Made by a program: the position numbers and the translations under genes. DNA of 64,000 bases from NCBI GenBank assembly GCA_963665815.1, contig OY762463.1:544001-608000 (forward strand), read 5' to 3'. The number at the start of each line of letters is the position of its first letter. Positions within the stretch are counted from its first letter, which is position 1. The notes beneath the pieces are model-generated. The model did not search any database, was not told where the DNA came from, and saw only the letters and a list, made by a program, of their open reading frames with translations. Source of the stretch: Candidatus Cloacimonadales bacterium. GTDB taxonomy: Bacteria > Cloacimonadota > Cloacimonadia > Cloacimonadales > JAIOQZ01. Positions 1-10,440 of the stretch are shown in pieces.

Positions 1-33
1 TCCCTCATCTACATGATTTTTTGTTTTTTTCAT
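1..33 (-). CDS. 5' end of a gene running off the window (MKKTKNHVDEG...)
   Basis: ATG at 33 preceded on the minus strand by AAGGAGG; frame open to the window edge. Confidence 0.5.
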   Translation of the reverse strand, partial: MKKTKNHVDEG

Positions 34-188
34 TATAGCCCTCCTTAAAGGCTAATATTTATTCTCATCAATTATTAAATGTTTATAAAGAGTATTTTTT
101 TTACATAAGAAGATTTAATAATGTTTTCTACATTAGTAAATGACCTCATTAATTAAGAATAAGAAATCGTCACTATATTGTCAATAAC

Positions 189-218
189 AAAAAAACACCC
201 ATCTAACGACAGGTGTTC
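189..218 (-). terminator. Intrinsic terminator after hslU
   Basis: Minus strand AACACCTGTC-GTTA-GATGGGTGTT hairpin followed by a T tract. Confidence 0.7.
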
Positions 219-247
219 TAAAAGTATTTTATATTAGCTAAAAACTG

Positions 248-1633
248 TTACAGAATGTATCTCGAAAGATCTTCATTCTTCACGAGATCGCTCAGTTTTT
301 CAACAACTATTTCTTTATTAATGTTAATGCTCTTGTACTTGGTTTCCGGCATTTCAAACAGGTATTCTTCCAGGAGAGTACTCAGGATTGTGTGCAGTCT
401 TCTTGCTCCAATATCTTCCATCTTTTCGTTGGCATCGGCCGCATAAGCAGCAAGCTCGGAAATAGCCTCTGCTTCAAAGCTGAGTTTTACGCGTTCTGTT
501 TTGAATAAGGCTTCGTACTGCTTAATAAGAGCGTTTTTAGGTATAGTGAGTATCTTTTCAAAATCTTCTCTCGTCAGACTGTTAAGCTCAACGCGGATCG
601 GGAATCTACCCTGCAGTTCCGGAATTAAATCGGACGGCTTGGCTGTATGGAATGCACCGGCAGCAATAAACAGAATATGAGATGTATTGATAATACCGTG
701 TTTTGTCGGCACGTTAGATCCTTCTACAATCGGGAGTAAATCGCGCTGTACACCGGATCTGGAAACATCGGTTTTGTTATCTTTATTTGTAGAAGCAATT
801 TTATCAATCTCATCAATAAAGATAATGCCGTGGTTCTCTACCTTATCTTTGGCAATCTCCATAACCTTTTCTTTATTCACAAGTCTGGTTTCTTCCGCCT
901 GCTGCAGATGGGCAAGAGCCTGAGGTACTTTCATACTCTTAGCTTTCTTATCTTTCTTCTGCGGCATCATATTGGAGATCATCTCCCCTATGTTCAGGTC
1001 AAAAGCTTCGAACCCGATGTTAGAGAATACTTCCACATGGGGTGGTCCTGCATTCTCAACACTGATTTCCACATCTCTGTCGTCAAGCTGTCCGTCTTCC
1101 AGTTTCTTAAGGAACTTGGCTCTGGTTCGCTTGTAGCTTGCCAGTTTTTCTTCATAATCAACATCTGAGTTCTCGCTGGTGAAAGACTTCTTAGGTGGAG
1201 GCAGCATCTGATCGAGAAGCTTATGTTTTGCATTCTCAAAGGCCTTTGCTTTAACCTGCTCAACAAGTTCCGCTCTGGTGTCATTGATTGCAACATCCAT
1301 GAGCTCACGCACCATAGATTCCACATCACGTCCAACATAACCGACTTCGGTAAATTTTGAAGCTTCTACCTTAATGAAAGGGGCATTGGCGAGCTTGGAA
1401 AGCCTTCTTGCTATCTCGGTCTTCCCCACTCCGGTTGGCCCGATAAGAATTATATTGTTTGGCATAATCTCTGACTGAATATCTGTTTTAACATTCTGTC
1501 TACGCCATCTGTTTCTCATGGCAATAGCAACATGACGCTTGGCTTCATCCTGCCCGATAATGTATTTATTGAGTTCTTTTACTATTTTTCTTGGTGTCAG
1601 TGTTTTCATTTCCGCCATACTAAATTTCCTCAA
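248..1633 (-). CDS. hslU: ATP-dependent protease ATPase subunit HslU
   Basis: LTPRKIV..L..YIIGQ, Walker [19 protein letters not shown] pore motif, IFIDEIDK, C-terminal DLSRYIL; true start may be a few codons downstream. Confidence 0.97.
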   Translation of the reverse strand: MRKFSMAEMKTLTPRKIVKELNKYIIGQDEAKRHVAIAMRNRWRRQNVKTDIQSEIMPNNIILIGPTGVGKTEIARRLSKLANAPFIKVEASKFTEVGYVGRDVESMVRELMDVAINDTRAELVEQVKAKAFENAKHKLLDQMLPPPKKSFTSENSDVDYEEKLASYKRTRAKFLKKLEDGQLDDRDVEISVENAGPPHVEVFSNIGFEAFDLNIGEMISNMMPQKKDKKAKSMKVPQALAHLQQAEETRLVNKEKVMEIAKDKVENHGIIFIDEIDKIASTNKDNKTDVSRSGVQRDLLPIVEGSNVPTKHGIINTSHILFIAAGAFHTAKPSDLIPELQGRFPIRVELNSLTREDFEKILTIPKNALIKQYEALFKTERVKLSFEAEAISELAAYAADANEKMEDIGARRLHTILSTLLEEYLFEMPETKYKSININKEIVVEKLSDLVKNEDLSRYIL

Positions 1634-2153
1634 TTACCAGATTATTGTTTGTATAAATGCAAATCTCCGAAGCGATATTCAGAGACGTTTCGACTATCTC
1701 TTTCAAATCCAGATCAGGATTTTTCATAGTAAGAGCTTTAGCAGAAGCCAGAGCATACGAACCGCCTGAACCGATTGCAGCAATGCCGTCGTTTGGTTCA
1801 ACTACATCACCGTTACCGGTAAGGATCAGAATTGTTTCTTTATCAGCCACAATAATCATAGCTTCCAGTCTTCTCAGAATCTTGTCTGAACGCCAGTCCT
1901 TAGCAAGCTCGACTGCAGATTTTCTTAAATTGCCTTTATATTCTTTTAGTTTAATGTCAAATTTTTCGAAAAGCGTAAATGCATCGGCTGTCGCACCGGC
2001 AAATCCGGCGATAATTCTGTCGTAATACAGTTTTCTGATCTTCACTGCATTAGATTTCAGTACGGTATGCCCGAATGTAACCTGTCCGTCCCCGCCAATA
2101 ACTGCTTTTCCGTCTTTAATAATACCAAGTATTGTTGTTCCTCTGATATCCAT
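1620..2153 (-). CDS. hslV: ATP-dependent protease peptidase subunit HslV
   Basis: N-terminal TTI nucleophile, [28 protein letters not shown]. Confidence 0.97.
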   Translation of the reverse strand: MDIRGTTILGIIKDGKAVIGGDGQVTFGHTVLKSNAVKIRKLYYDRIIAGFAGATADAFTLFEKFDIKLKEYKGNLRKSAVELAKDWRSDKILRRLEAMIIVADKETILILTGNGDVVEPNDGIAAIGSGGSYALASAKALTMKNPDLDLKEIVETSLNIASEICIYTNNNLVIEEI

Positions 2154-2177
2154 TTTTACTCCATAATCTATCTAAAA

Positions 2178-4199
2178 CTAAGATTCTTTCGAATCATCAG
2201 TTTCATTTACTTCTATATTCTCAGTTTTTTCAGCTTCTTCAGTTTCTTCTGCTGCTGCTTCGATATCCTCATCATGCATTTCGGAACTGAGAACCATTTC
2301 CAGAGCGATTGCTCTGCGCTTCTCAATAAATTCCTTCATATCGTCATCAACATGCTTCATCACAGTATCAAAAATTTCGGTAGCTCCCATTGTCTCTTTT
2401 TCATAGAGCTCCATGGACAGTACTTCAAGCAATTCCTTATGTTCTGTCAAGATAGCCATAGCTTTCTCATGTGCTTCATGAATAATATCCCTGATCTCCT
2501 GATCAATAATCTCAGCAGTTTTCTCAGAATGATAATCACTTTGCGTTAGCTCTTTACCAAGGAAGACCTGCTCGTTTTCCTTACCGACTTTCATAGGACC
2601 TATCTTCCTGCTCATACCCCAGTGACAGACCATTTTGGTTACAATATCAGTTGCTCTTTGAATATCGTTTCCTGCACCGGTTGTAAGTTCGTTGAAAATA
2701 ATCTCTTCGGCACAACGTCCACCCAGCAGAGAAACAAGTTTCTGCTCCAGATAGCTTCTGGAATAACTGGATTTATCTGTCTGCAGATAGTGAGTAGCTC
2801 CACCGGTAAATCCACGAGGTATGATAGATACTTTATGCACCGGTTCAACCTTATCCAGAAAAACTGATGTGAGTACGTGTCCAACTTCATGATAAGATGT
2901 ATTTTTCTTTTCCTCTTCGGAAATTACTTTCGATTTTCTTGCTTTTCCAAGTACTTGCTTGTCTTTAGCTTCTTCAAAGTCATCCATCTCGATTCTTTTC
3001 TTGTTTTTACGGGCAGCAAGAAGTGCGGCTTCGTTTACAAGGTTAGCAAGGTCTGCCCCGCTGAATCCGGATGTTCCTCTGGCAACAATAGAAAGATTAA
3101 CTGAATCAGCAAGCGGGAGCTTTTTAACGTGTACTTTAAGAATAGCTTCACGACCTTTAATATCCGGCAGATCAACCACAACCTGTCTGTCAAAACGCCC
3201 CGGACGAAGTAACGCCGGGTCAAGTACATCAGGTCTGTTTGTTGCGGCGATAATTATGACTGAATCATTTGCTTCAAAACCGTCCATTTCAACGAGTAAC
3301 TGGTTAAGAGTCTGTTCTCTTTCATCGTGACCACCACCGAGACCGCTTCCTCTGTGACGACCGACAGCATCAATCTCATCGATAAAAGCTATACACGGTG
3401 AGTTTTTCTTTGCGTTTTCAAAAAGGTCTCTAACTCTGGATGCACCTACACCAACGAACATTTCCACAAAATCAGATCCACTGATACTGAAGAAAGGCAC
3501 TTTGGCTTCTCCTGCTACTGCTTTGGCAAGAAGGGTTTTACCTGTACCCGGTCTACCGAGAAGAAGTACACCGCGAGGGATTCTTCCACCAAGTTTCTGG
3601 AATTTAGAAGGTGATTTAAGGAATTCAACGATTTCCTCAAGTTCTTCTTTAGCTTCTTTAACTCCTGCGACATCTTTAAATGTGATGTTGGTTTTACCGC
3701 CAAGGAAGAGTTTCGCTTTGCTTTTACCAAAACTGAAAGCTTTTCTGCCACCACCCTGCATTGATCTCATCATGAACAGCCAGAACCCTATAATTAAGAG
3801 GAATGGCAGAATGTTCATCAGGAAAGCGAACATCTTGGATGGTTTCTTGGAAGAAACATTGATTCCTGCAGATGTAAGCTCTTTCATGAAATCAGGATCA
3901 GGATACATAGGGAGAAGAGTATGATATTTCTGGCTATCTGCATCAATGTACTCAACATCTCTGTCTACAAATTGGGCTTCCATGATACTGCCGCTCTTTG
4001 CCATAGACATGAATGTTGAATATGTTACTTCTTTTATCTGACTTTTTCGTATCATCGGCTGAATGTTCCAAAGGGCAGCCATAATAAGTGCTATGACAAT
4101 CCACATTGTGACTGTCTGCATCTTTTTAGGTCTGTTCGGCGGCATTCCACCCGGTTTATTATTATTGTTACGATTATTATCGTTTCTATTTTGCATCAT
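2178..4199 (-). CDS. ftsH: ATP-dependent zinc metalloprotease FtsH
   Basis: Two TM segments, [31 protein letters not shown] zinc motif. Confidence 0.98.
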   Translation of the reverse strand: MMQNRNDNNRNNNNKPGGMPPNRPKKMQTVTMWIVIALIMAALWNIQPMIRKSQIKEVTYSTFMSMAKSGSIMEAQFVDRDVEYIDADSQKYHTLLPMYPDPDFMKELTSAGINVSSKKPSKMFAFLMNILPFLLIIGFWLFMMRSMQGGGRKAFSFGKSKAKLFLGGKTNITFKDVAGVKEAKEELEEIVEFLKSPSKFQKLGGRIPRGVLLLGRPGTGKTLLAKAVAGEAKVPFFSISGSDFVEMFVGVGASRVRDLFENAKKNSPCIAFIDEIDAVGRHRGSGLGGGHDEREQTLNQLLVEMDGFEANDSVIIIAATNRPDVLDPALLRPGRFDRQVVVDLPDIKGREAILKVHVKKLPLADSVNLSIVARGTSGFSGADLANLVNEAALLAARKNKKRIEMDDFEEAKDKQVLGKARKSKVISEEEKKNTSYHEVGHVLTSVFLDKVEPVHKVSIIPRGFTGGATHYLQTDKSSYSRSYLEQKLVSLLGGRCAEEIIFNELTTGAGNDIQRATDIVTKMVCHWGMSRKIGPMKVGKENEQVFLGKELTQSDYHSEKTAEIIDQEIRDIIHEAHEKAMAILTEHKELLEVLSMELYEKETMGATEIFDTVMKHVDDDMKEFIEKRRAIALEMVLSSEMHDEDIEAAAEETEEAEKTENIEVNETDDSKES

Positions 4200-4732
4200 T
4201 TATAAACTTCCTCCTTAAGGATTCCGATGTAAGGCAGATTTCTGTATTTTTCAGCAAAATCTAACCCGTACCCGACAACAAATTCATTTCCGACTTCAAA
4301 ACCGACATATTCCAGATGAAGATCAGCCTTATGAGCTTCAGGTTTATCCAGTAAGACACATGCTTTGAGTGACGCTGGTTTATGTTTTGACAGATATTTA
4401 AGAAGATACTTCAAAGTCAGACCACTGTCCACAATATCCTCAACGATAATAACATGACGGTCTGTAATGTCTGTATCAATATCTTTTCTGATTTTTACAA
4501 CTCCGGAAGACTGTGTACTGGCTCCATAACTGGAAATACTCATGAAATCCATTTCAACCTGTGCTTCGATAGCACGTACAAGGTCAGCCGTAAATATTGC
4601 GGATCCTCTCAGAATGCAGATTAGTACCGGATTTGTATCTTTATAATCTTCAGCTATTTTCTTTCCTAATTCGTTAATTTTTCCCTGAAGCTTTTCTTTA
4701 GAAAGTAGAATTTTCTCTATATCGTTATGCAT
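4196..4732 (-). CDS. hpt: Hypoxanthine phosphoribosyltransferase
   Basis: [18 protein letters not shown] motif, [15 protein letters not shown]; tilS-hpt-ftsH synteny. Confidence 0.96.
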   Translation of the reverse strand: MHNDIEKILLSKEKLQGKINELGKKIAEDYKDTNPVLICILRGSAIFTADLVRAIEAQVEMDFMSISSYGASTQSSGVVKIRKDIDTDITDRHVIIVEDIVDSGLTLKYLLKYLSKHKPASLKACVLLDKPEAHKADLHLEYVGFEVGNEFVVGYGLDFAEKYRNLPYIGILKEEVYK

Positions 4733-4741
4733 TGTATCCTC

Positions 4742-6166
4742 TTACTTTTTCCTTTCGGCTGAACGCGGTCTGCCTGAGATGATTTTTTCCAGTTTTATCA
4801 TCAAGATATTTTTGGTTTCATCAGAAATAACAACTCTGTTGTCAATTCGTTTCCCACAAATCCAGATGATCTTATTATTATCAGTTAAAACTATAACCTT
4901 ATCTCTGTCGAATTTTGACACTTTTTCGTCAATGAAAAAATCCTTTAATTTCTTATGATGCTTCATGCCGAACGGTATGAATTTATCCCCGGGGAGTCTG
5001 TGACGGAATACAAGAGGAAGCTCCAGTTTGTCATAATCGAAGTAAGCTGTATTCTTATCTTCAAACTGATTCTTCTTCTTTGGCATAACCCTGAACTTTT
5101 TCATGGAAACTCTGTAATTCTCGAATGTGAAACGGTTTCTAACAGAATCTATTATCCTTTCCTGAGGTTCATACTCTTCTATTTTCTCTTTGGTTGTGAA
5201 TATCAGATTTTTGTAGTCTTTCCTGACTATGACATCAGACGGGAGATTGAGTTCTTTACAGCCTTTGGAATGAATTATCTCCTCAATTGCTTCGTAATGA
5301 GATGTATAAAAATCATTTTCATGACCTGTAAACTCACAATATATCTGACGGTAAATGTAAAAACGAATAAGACGTTTCTGTTTGAGTAGATCACGCAGAT
5401 CGAGCGAATGAAACTCCTCTTCAGAATCATCTGTAAGTCTGTGCAGTCTGGAGTTTGTCATTTCTCTGAAGATTTCATCGGCATCCTGAAAGATCAGGCT
5501 CATATCGTAGAGCTTGTCCACAATCTTATGTGACAGGTTTTCTTCCATGCATGGAATAAGAACGTTGCGTACTTTGTTACGATCAAAGTCATTCTTGAAG
5601 TTAGACTGATCTGTGCGATACTCCTGATTCAGTTCTGCGAGAAAACGCTTGATCTCTTTTTTGGTGAATATCAGGAGCGGATGAATCACGTTACCGCTTT
5701 TGACTTCAATTCCCTTCATCCCGGAGATGGCAGAACCGCGTCCCATGCGCAGAAGCAGTGTCTCAGCCTGGTCGTCCTTAGTGTGTCCCAGAGCAATTCT
5801 GTTGATCTTGTATACCTTGAGAAGTCTGTTAAACTGCTCGAAACGAATTTTTCTGGCAGTGTTCTCCAGATTGGCTTTATCAGTTATTTTTGCATTCTTA
5901 ACAACAATATTAACAGCATTCTTGAAGCAATATTCTTTCACAAACTTTTCGTCATTGTCAGAGTCTTCCCCTCTCAATCCGTAGTTGATATGCACGGCAA
6001 GGAGAAAGAGCTTGTATTTGGGTCTGAGTAAACGAAGAGCTTCAATTAACGCAGTGGAATCCGGACCTCCCGAAAAGCCTACAATAAGCTTGTCACGCTG
6101 GTGTATCAGATTGTTTTCGAGCAGAAAAGACTCGAATCTGGCTAGGAATTGTTCTACAAACTGCAT
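4742..6166 (-). CDS. tilS: tRNA(Ile)-lysidine synthase
   Basis: SGGPDS PP-loop, H..DDQAET, DQSN...RNKVR, C-terminal TilS domain (KKLKDFFID.KV). Confidence 0.96.
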   Translation of the reverse strand: MQFVEQFLARFESFLLENNLIHQRDKLIVGFSGGPDSTALIEALRLLRPKYKLFLLAVHINYGLRGEDSDNDEKFVKEYCFKNAVNIVVKNAKITDKANLENTARKIRFEQFNRLLKVYKINRIALGHTKDDQAETLLLRMGRGSAISGMKGIEVKSGNVIHPLLIFTKKEIKRFLAELNQEYRTDQSNFKNDFDRNKVRNVLIPCMEENLSHKIVDKLYDMSLIFQDADEIFREMTNSRLHRLTDDSEEEFHSLDLRDLLKQKRLIRFYIYRQIYCEFTGHENDFYTSHYEAIEEIIHSKGCKELNLPSDVIVRKDYKNLIFTTKEKIEEYEPQERIIDSVRNRFTFENYRVSMKKFRVMPKKKNQFEDKNTAYFDYDKLELPLVFRHRLPGDKFIPFGMKHHKKLKDFFIDEKVSKFDRDKVIVLTDNNKIIWICGKRIDNRVVISDETKNILMIKLEKIISGRPRSAERKK

Positions 6167-6263
6167 GATACTTCCTGTTATTTTTATTCCACTACACTAT
6201 TTAGAAGTAGTTTATAAATGTCAAATAAAAATGTCTTTTGTCGGTATTATGAGTAGAATACCA

Positions 6264-6443
6264 GTATAAACTCATTATAGCACTTACAGAACTTGAGTTG
6301 TTACGATTTATCGGAATGACTTGAGTTCTCTATTGCAATTCGAGAAGCATATTCTCTACCTGGCAAAGCTATTTGAAGTAGAAAACATTTGTATAAGAGA
6401 AAGTAAGTCTATCCAGATGCAAGATCGGTATAAACTCATTATA
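6264..6443. repeat. 16-bp direct repeat GTATAAACTCATTATA (6264-6279 and 6428-6443)
   Basis: Exact match read directly; second copy overlaps the start of the 44-bp repeat. Confidence 0.75.
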
Positions 6444-6483
6444 ATGCTCGTGCTATCGCGTAGAGGCAACCGGACGGTTGTCT
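6440..6483 (+). repeat. 44-bp REP-like element, copy 1
   Basis: TATAATGCTCGTGCTATCGCGTAGAGGCAACCGGACGGTTGTCT, identical at 9696-9739; GTAG overlapping the base of the AGGCAACC-GGAC-GGTTGTCT hairpin. Confidence 0.9.
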
Positions 6484-6506
6484 TATTTAAAGCTGTTTAC
6501 TAACAC

Positions 6507-8210
6507 TTAATTCTTCTTTTGCAAGGCGTTAAACTTTTCCCTGAACTCATTCAGTTTCCATTCAGGTATATTAGAAGACTGAATAATTAATTCAAAATCA
6601 GGATTCTTTGCAAAGTACATGTCCAGAATTGGATTCAGATCAAGATTCAGATTGTTAAGGTAGAGTTTCTCTAAGTAGGGAGTTTTGATATTCTTTAAGC
6701 TAGTAACATTATTATCTGAAATGTCCAATTCTCTTAATTGATAGAATCGATCACCAATATCAATATTCTCAAGTTTATTTCCGTTAACATATAGCTTCCT
6801 TAAGTAATCTCTTTGAGTAATTGATCTAATTTTCTCCAGTCTATTATTGGAACACCTTAGTTCTCTTATTCTATCAAGGGAAATCAAATCTAAAACCTTG
6901 AACTTATTATTAGAAATGTTCAATACTCTAATATCATTGAAAGCACAGAATTCAGGTAACTCATGCAGAAGATTGTTACTTACGTTAACTTCCTCTAAGT
7001 TAGTAACATTTCTTAAACCTTCAATGCTAACAAGATTTCCTTCTGTTATCCGCACGGATTTCAATTCTTTGAAATTTGATAAATCAGGAATATATGAAAT
7101 TTCTAAATCTCTCAGGTTAATTCGTTCTAAAAAGATTAGTGCTGACAATTCTCTCAGATCATTATTTCTAAGTTCCATTTTTACAGGTTCTTTGAAGTTC
7201 CCATCACGAGTAATAATTTTGCTTTCAAAAATCAAACTTCTCAAATTGGATAAGTATTTAATACCTCGAAGACTTTTGCACTTATCCATCAGTATTGCAT
7301 GATATGGTTCTAAGTTCTCTATATCAATATCAAAATTCATCTTAAATAATGATACACCAGCATCACTTACACCCTTCCACTTATTCAGGTCTATTTTATT
7401 ATCAATTAAACGGAGCAAATGAATTTTTTCCAAATCTGAGGGAAAAATAGATCTATCATGGATATCTGTAACATCTCGGATATATTCCTCAAACGCATCA
7501 TCATCGAATCTTACAGGTTTTTCTTCCTCCCAGAGTACTACAGATTTATCTTCAAACCATATCCACTCAAGTGAATCCAGCACTGAAAGTACCTCTAAAT
7601 CTTTCACTGGATTATTATTAATCCAGACTTCTCTTAGTTTTCTGCATGTCAATAAAGGCTTTACACTTTTTATATTATTATTGCTTATCCAGACCAACTG
7701 TAGCTCAGAGTTACTACTTAGTGCTGAGATATCTGATATGTTGTTATTTTGCAAATCTACATCAATTAGTTTTGGCAGATTTGATAATCCTGCAATACTC
7801 TCTATATTATTGAAAACTGCACTGAAGCGTTCAAGCTTCTTATTCTTCATCTTTTGATCAATCTTCTTAATGTTATTATGATTAAGACTCAGTATTCTCA
7901 ATTCTTTCAGTTCAGATAATGGAGATATGTCATCGATCAGATTATCATCCAGATACAACTCTTTGAGCTTTTTTAGTTTTCTTAATGGTTCCAGATTCTT
8001 AATATTATTAGCTCTTAATTCAAGGTGTTGAAGATTCTTGAATTTGGATATTCCGGATATATCCTCGATATCACGGCAATTCAGAATGATAGATTTAACT
8101 GTGTCAGGATCAGATACTATTTTATAGTAATCATTGATAACATCAGCCATCAATATATAGATAGAAAAAGTCATTGTAAAAACTAATATAAGCACTCTTT
8201 TCGAAAACAT
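6507..8210 (-). CDS. Secreted leucine-rich-repeat (internalin-like) protein
   Basis: Signal peptide; many LxxLxLxxNxIxxL repeats in two blocks. Confidence 0.9.
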   Translation of the reverse strand: MFSKRVLILVFTMTFSIYILMADVINDYYKIVSDPDTVKSIILNCRDIEDISGISKFKNLQHLELRANNIKNLEPLRKLKKLKELYLDDNLIDDISPLSELKELRILSLNHNNIKKIDQKMKNKKLERFSAVFNNIESIAGLSNLPKLIDVDLQNNNISDISALSSNSELQLVWISNNNIKSVKPLLTCRKLREVWINNNPVKDLEVLSVLDSLEWIWFEDKSVVLWEEEKPVRFDDDAFEEYIRDVTDIHDRSIFPSDLEKIHLLRLIDNKIDLNKWKGVSDAGVSLFKMNFDIDIENLEPYHAILMDKCKSLRGIKYLSNLRSLIFESKIITRDGNFKEPVKMELRNNDLRELSALIFLERINLRDLEISYIPDLSNFKELKSVRITEGNLVSIEGLRNVTNLEEVNVSNNLLHELPEFCAFNDIRVLNISNNKFKVLDLISLDRIRELRCSNNRLEKIRSITQRDYLRKLYVNGNKLENIDIGDRFYQLRELDISDNNVTSLKNIKTPYLEKLYLNNLNLDLNPILDMYFAKNPDFELIIQSSNIPEWKLNEFREKFNALQKKN

Positions 8211-8272
8211 TCTTCACCCTTTATAGTAATTTGATTAATTATCAGAAATTTGCATTTGATGTCAAGAAAGAG

Positions 8273-8959
8273 TTATTTATCAAAAACTCCAAAATAATCT
8301 CTATTCCGAATTAACAGTGATAATTCGATTGATCCTGGACAAATACCTTTGTTATATCCGTATCCAGCTTCAAATACATATTCGTCTCTATTCTGTAAAT
8401 TATCTGGATGTGAAGCATTTAAGAATAAATCTGATAATAAAATAAGGGCTTTGATAGTTCCAGATATTACCAGCACATCTCTTGATTTCATCTCACTCGC
8501 ACACTTTACAATTTCTGTGTCATTTGTAAGATAGAATCCAGGATTATTATAGTGGTCATTAAGTTCTTCAAATGGGTGTTTCTCGTACTCATGAACGTTA
8601 AAACTGTAAAAATCAGGTTGCATGCAAAAATTTATATCATCAAAATACGGTTTATTATGATCAAATCTTAGCTTTATTTTACTGATCTCCGAGTGCTTAT
8701 TATCTATGATGATACATATTTCACTCATTTCATTTGAAAAAAGCAATGCAAGAATCAAGAGTCCAAGATTTCTCAATGAATTTTCTGTCATGTATACAAA
8801 AAGCTTATCATAGGCAATATCTCCATAACTATGAGAACCTTTTTTAATAATTATTTTCTCAGAAAAATATTTCATTTTCGGCTCGAAAGAAGTTTCATTG
8901 AACTTGATTATATTATAATCATTGTTAAAATGTTGTGTGAACATATCATTCATCTTCAT
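8273..8959 (-). CDS. Hypothetical protein, paralog A (possible Imm32-like immunity protein)
   Basis: Shares NLGLLILALLFS, EYEKHPF, PGFxLTND, KSRDVLVI.G, NRDEYVFE and CPGS.EL with 9775-10440. Confidence 0.75.
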   Translation of the reverse strand: MKMNDMFTQHFNNDYNIIKFNETSFEPKMKYFSEKIIIKKGSHSYGDIAYDKLFVYMTENSLRNLGLLILALLFSNEMSEICIIIDNKHSEISKIKLRFDHNKPYFDDINFCMQPDFYSFNVHEYEKHPFEELNDHYNNPGFYLTNDTEIVKCASEMKSRDVLVISGTIKALILLSDLFLNASHPDNLQNRDEYVFEAGYGYNKGICPGSIELSLLIRNRDYFGVFDK

Positions 8960-9647
8960 AGGATATCTTCCTTCTGGTTATCAATTAAATGAATTGCAAA
9001 TTCTGAACTATCCATATTAGTACTAATCTTCCCAGGTGCGTTTTCAAAAGAATAGTACTCAGTTTTATGATTCGGATTACTGGCATTAAGCAGAAAGTGA
9101 GACAATATAGCCAATGCGTAATGGTTTCCCATAATTAAAAAGATGTCAGGATAAAACTTTTCAGCTTCGAGATTTCCTTTATTCTCATTGGATATCCAGA
9201 AACTTGGCAAATTGGAATCCTTGTACTGAGACATGTACTTTAACACATAAAATGGATACTTGGAGAATTCGGTTTCAGAGTATATATATGACATAGGTTT
9301 CTGTTCAAAATCAAGTTGATACCTTGGGCTGAAAACATTGAAGGTTTCTATATTCATATACTCTATGTCAGTTTCTTTGTTCGTTAGCTCTATACTCACA
9401 CTTTTTTTATCTGAAAAGAGCATAGACAAAAACAATAATCCTAAATTGCATAATTCTGTCCTTGATATATACATATTACATCTTTCATTGAATACTAATG
9501 AACTGTAGTTATGATAGTCTTTTTTAAGAATTATACTACCTGATTTATATGATCTCTCTGAATAAAGAAATTTTTCTTGCAAACAATATTGTCGAATCTG
9601 CTTCTGAAGGCAATTTCAAATATATCCGGCTGTTCTTTTATTGGCAT
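8956..9647 (-). pseudogene. Paralog B split by a -1 frameshift (pseudogene, sequencing error or recoded gene)
   Basis: ATG at 9647 opens MPIKEQPDIFEIAFRSRFDNIVCKKNFF, homologous to the paralog D N-terminus, which stops at 9531; the rest of the homology is in the -1 frame (8956-9582). Confidence 0.8.
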
Positions 9648-9695
9648 ATAACATTACTCTCCTGTATGGATTATGCGACGTATGTTAGTATTTAC

Positions 9696-9739
9696 TATAA
9701 TGCTCGTGCTATCGCGTAGAGGCAACCGGACGGTTGTCT
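9696..9739 (+). repeat. 44-bp REP-like element, copy 2
   Basis: Identical to 6440-6483. Confidence 0.9.
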
Positions 9740-9774
9740 ATATGTGTATGCCGGAGCATTGATATAATTGCAAA

Positions 9775-10440
9775 CTACTCTTTATTATGTATCCATAAAC
9801 AGAGTTCTGCTGAACCGGGACAGGTACTTACATATCCAGGTTCATTTTCAAAAACATATTCATCACGATTTTTAAAATGTTTTGGGTGAGAAACATTTAT
9901 CAAAAAATCTGCTAATAGAATTAATGCAACATAAGATCCTGTTATTACCAATACATCACGTGATTTTATGTCTTCTTTTGATCTGATTTGTTCTTTATCG
10001 TTAGTCAGAAAAAAACCTGGTAAATCGTAGGTAAATTCATTATAATCAAATGGATGCTTTTCATATTCAATCATCTTATATCTGTATTTATCAATCTTCA
10101 TGAGTAAATGTAAGTCATCAAAATATGATTTTTGCTTATCGAACCTGATTTTAAGCTTTTTGATTTCTGATTCTTTATGACTCAAATTAATGCAGACTTC
10201 TCTTGAGTTCTCAGAGAACAGCAAAGCCAGAATTAATAAACCGAGATTACATAATTCATTTACAGGTATATGCAAATGCAATTGATCATTGTATACTGCT
10301 AATCCATAAACATGACCAATATTTTTGATACCTATAAAATCTGTAATATATTCCTCAGAAAGAGTAAAGAATTCCTTCTTACAGTTAATTGATCTATATT
10401 TTTCATTGAATAGTTGTTTAAAAATATCAGGCAATCTCAT
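9775..10440 (-). CDS. Hypothetical protein, paralog C (possible Imm32-like immunity protein)
   Basis: Closest to paralog A; ATGA overlap with paralog D. Confidence 0.75.
   Translation of the reverse strand: MRLPDIFKQLFNEKYRSINCKKEFFTLSEEYITDFIGIKNIGHVYGLAVYNDQLHLHIPVNELCNLGLLILALLFSENSREVCINLSHKESEIKKLKIRFDKQKSYFDDLHLLMKIDKYRYKMIEYEKHPFDYNEFTYDLPGFFLTNDKEQIRSKEDIKSRDVLVITGSYVALILLADFLINVSHPKHFKNRDEYVFENEPGYVSTCPGSAELCLWIHNKE

Noticed and set aside
255-6269. Numerous short antisense ORFs over housekeeping genes (also throughout the window)
   Set aside because: Shadow frames of well-supported genes, without RBS or recognisable motifs
6440-9739. Integron attC sites
   Set aside because: No RYYYAAC/GTTRRRY core pairing around the repeat and no integrase in the window
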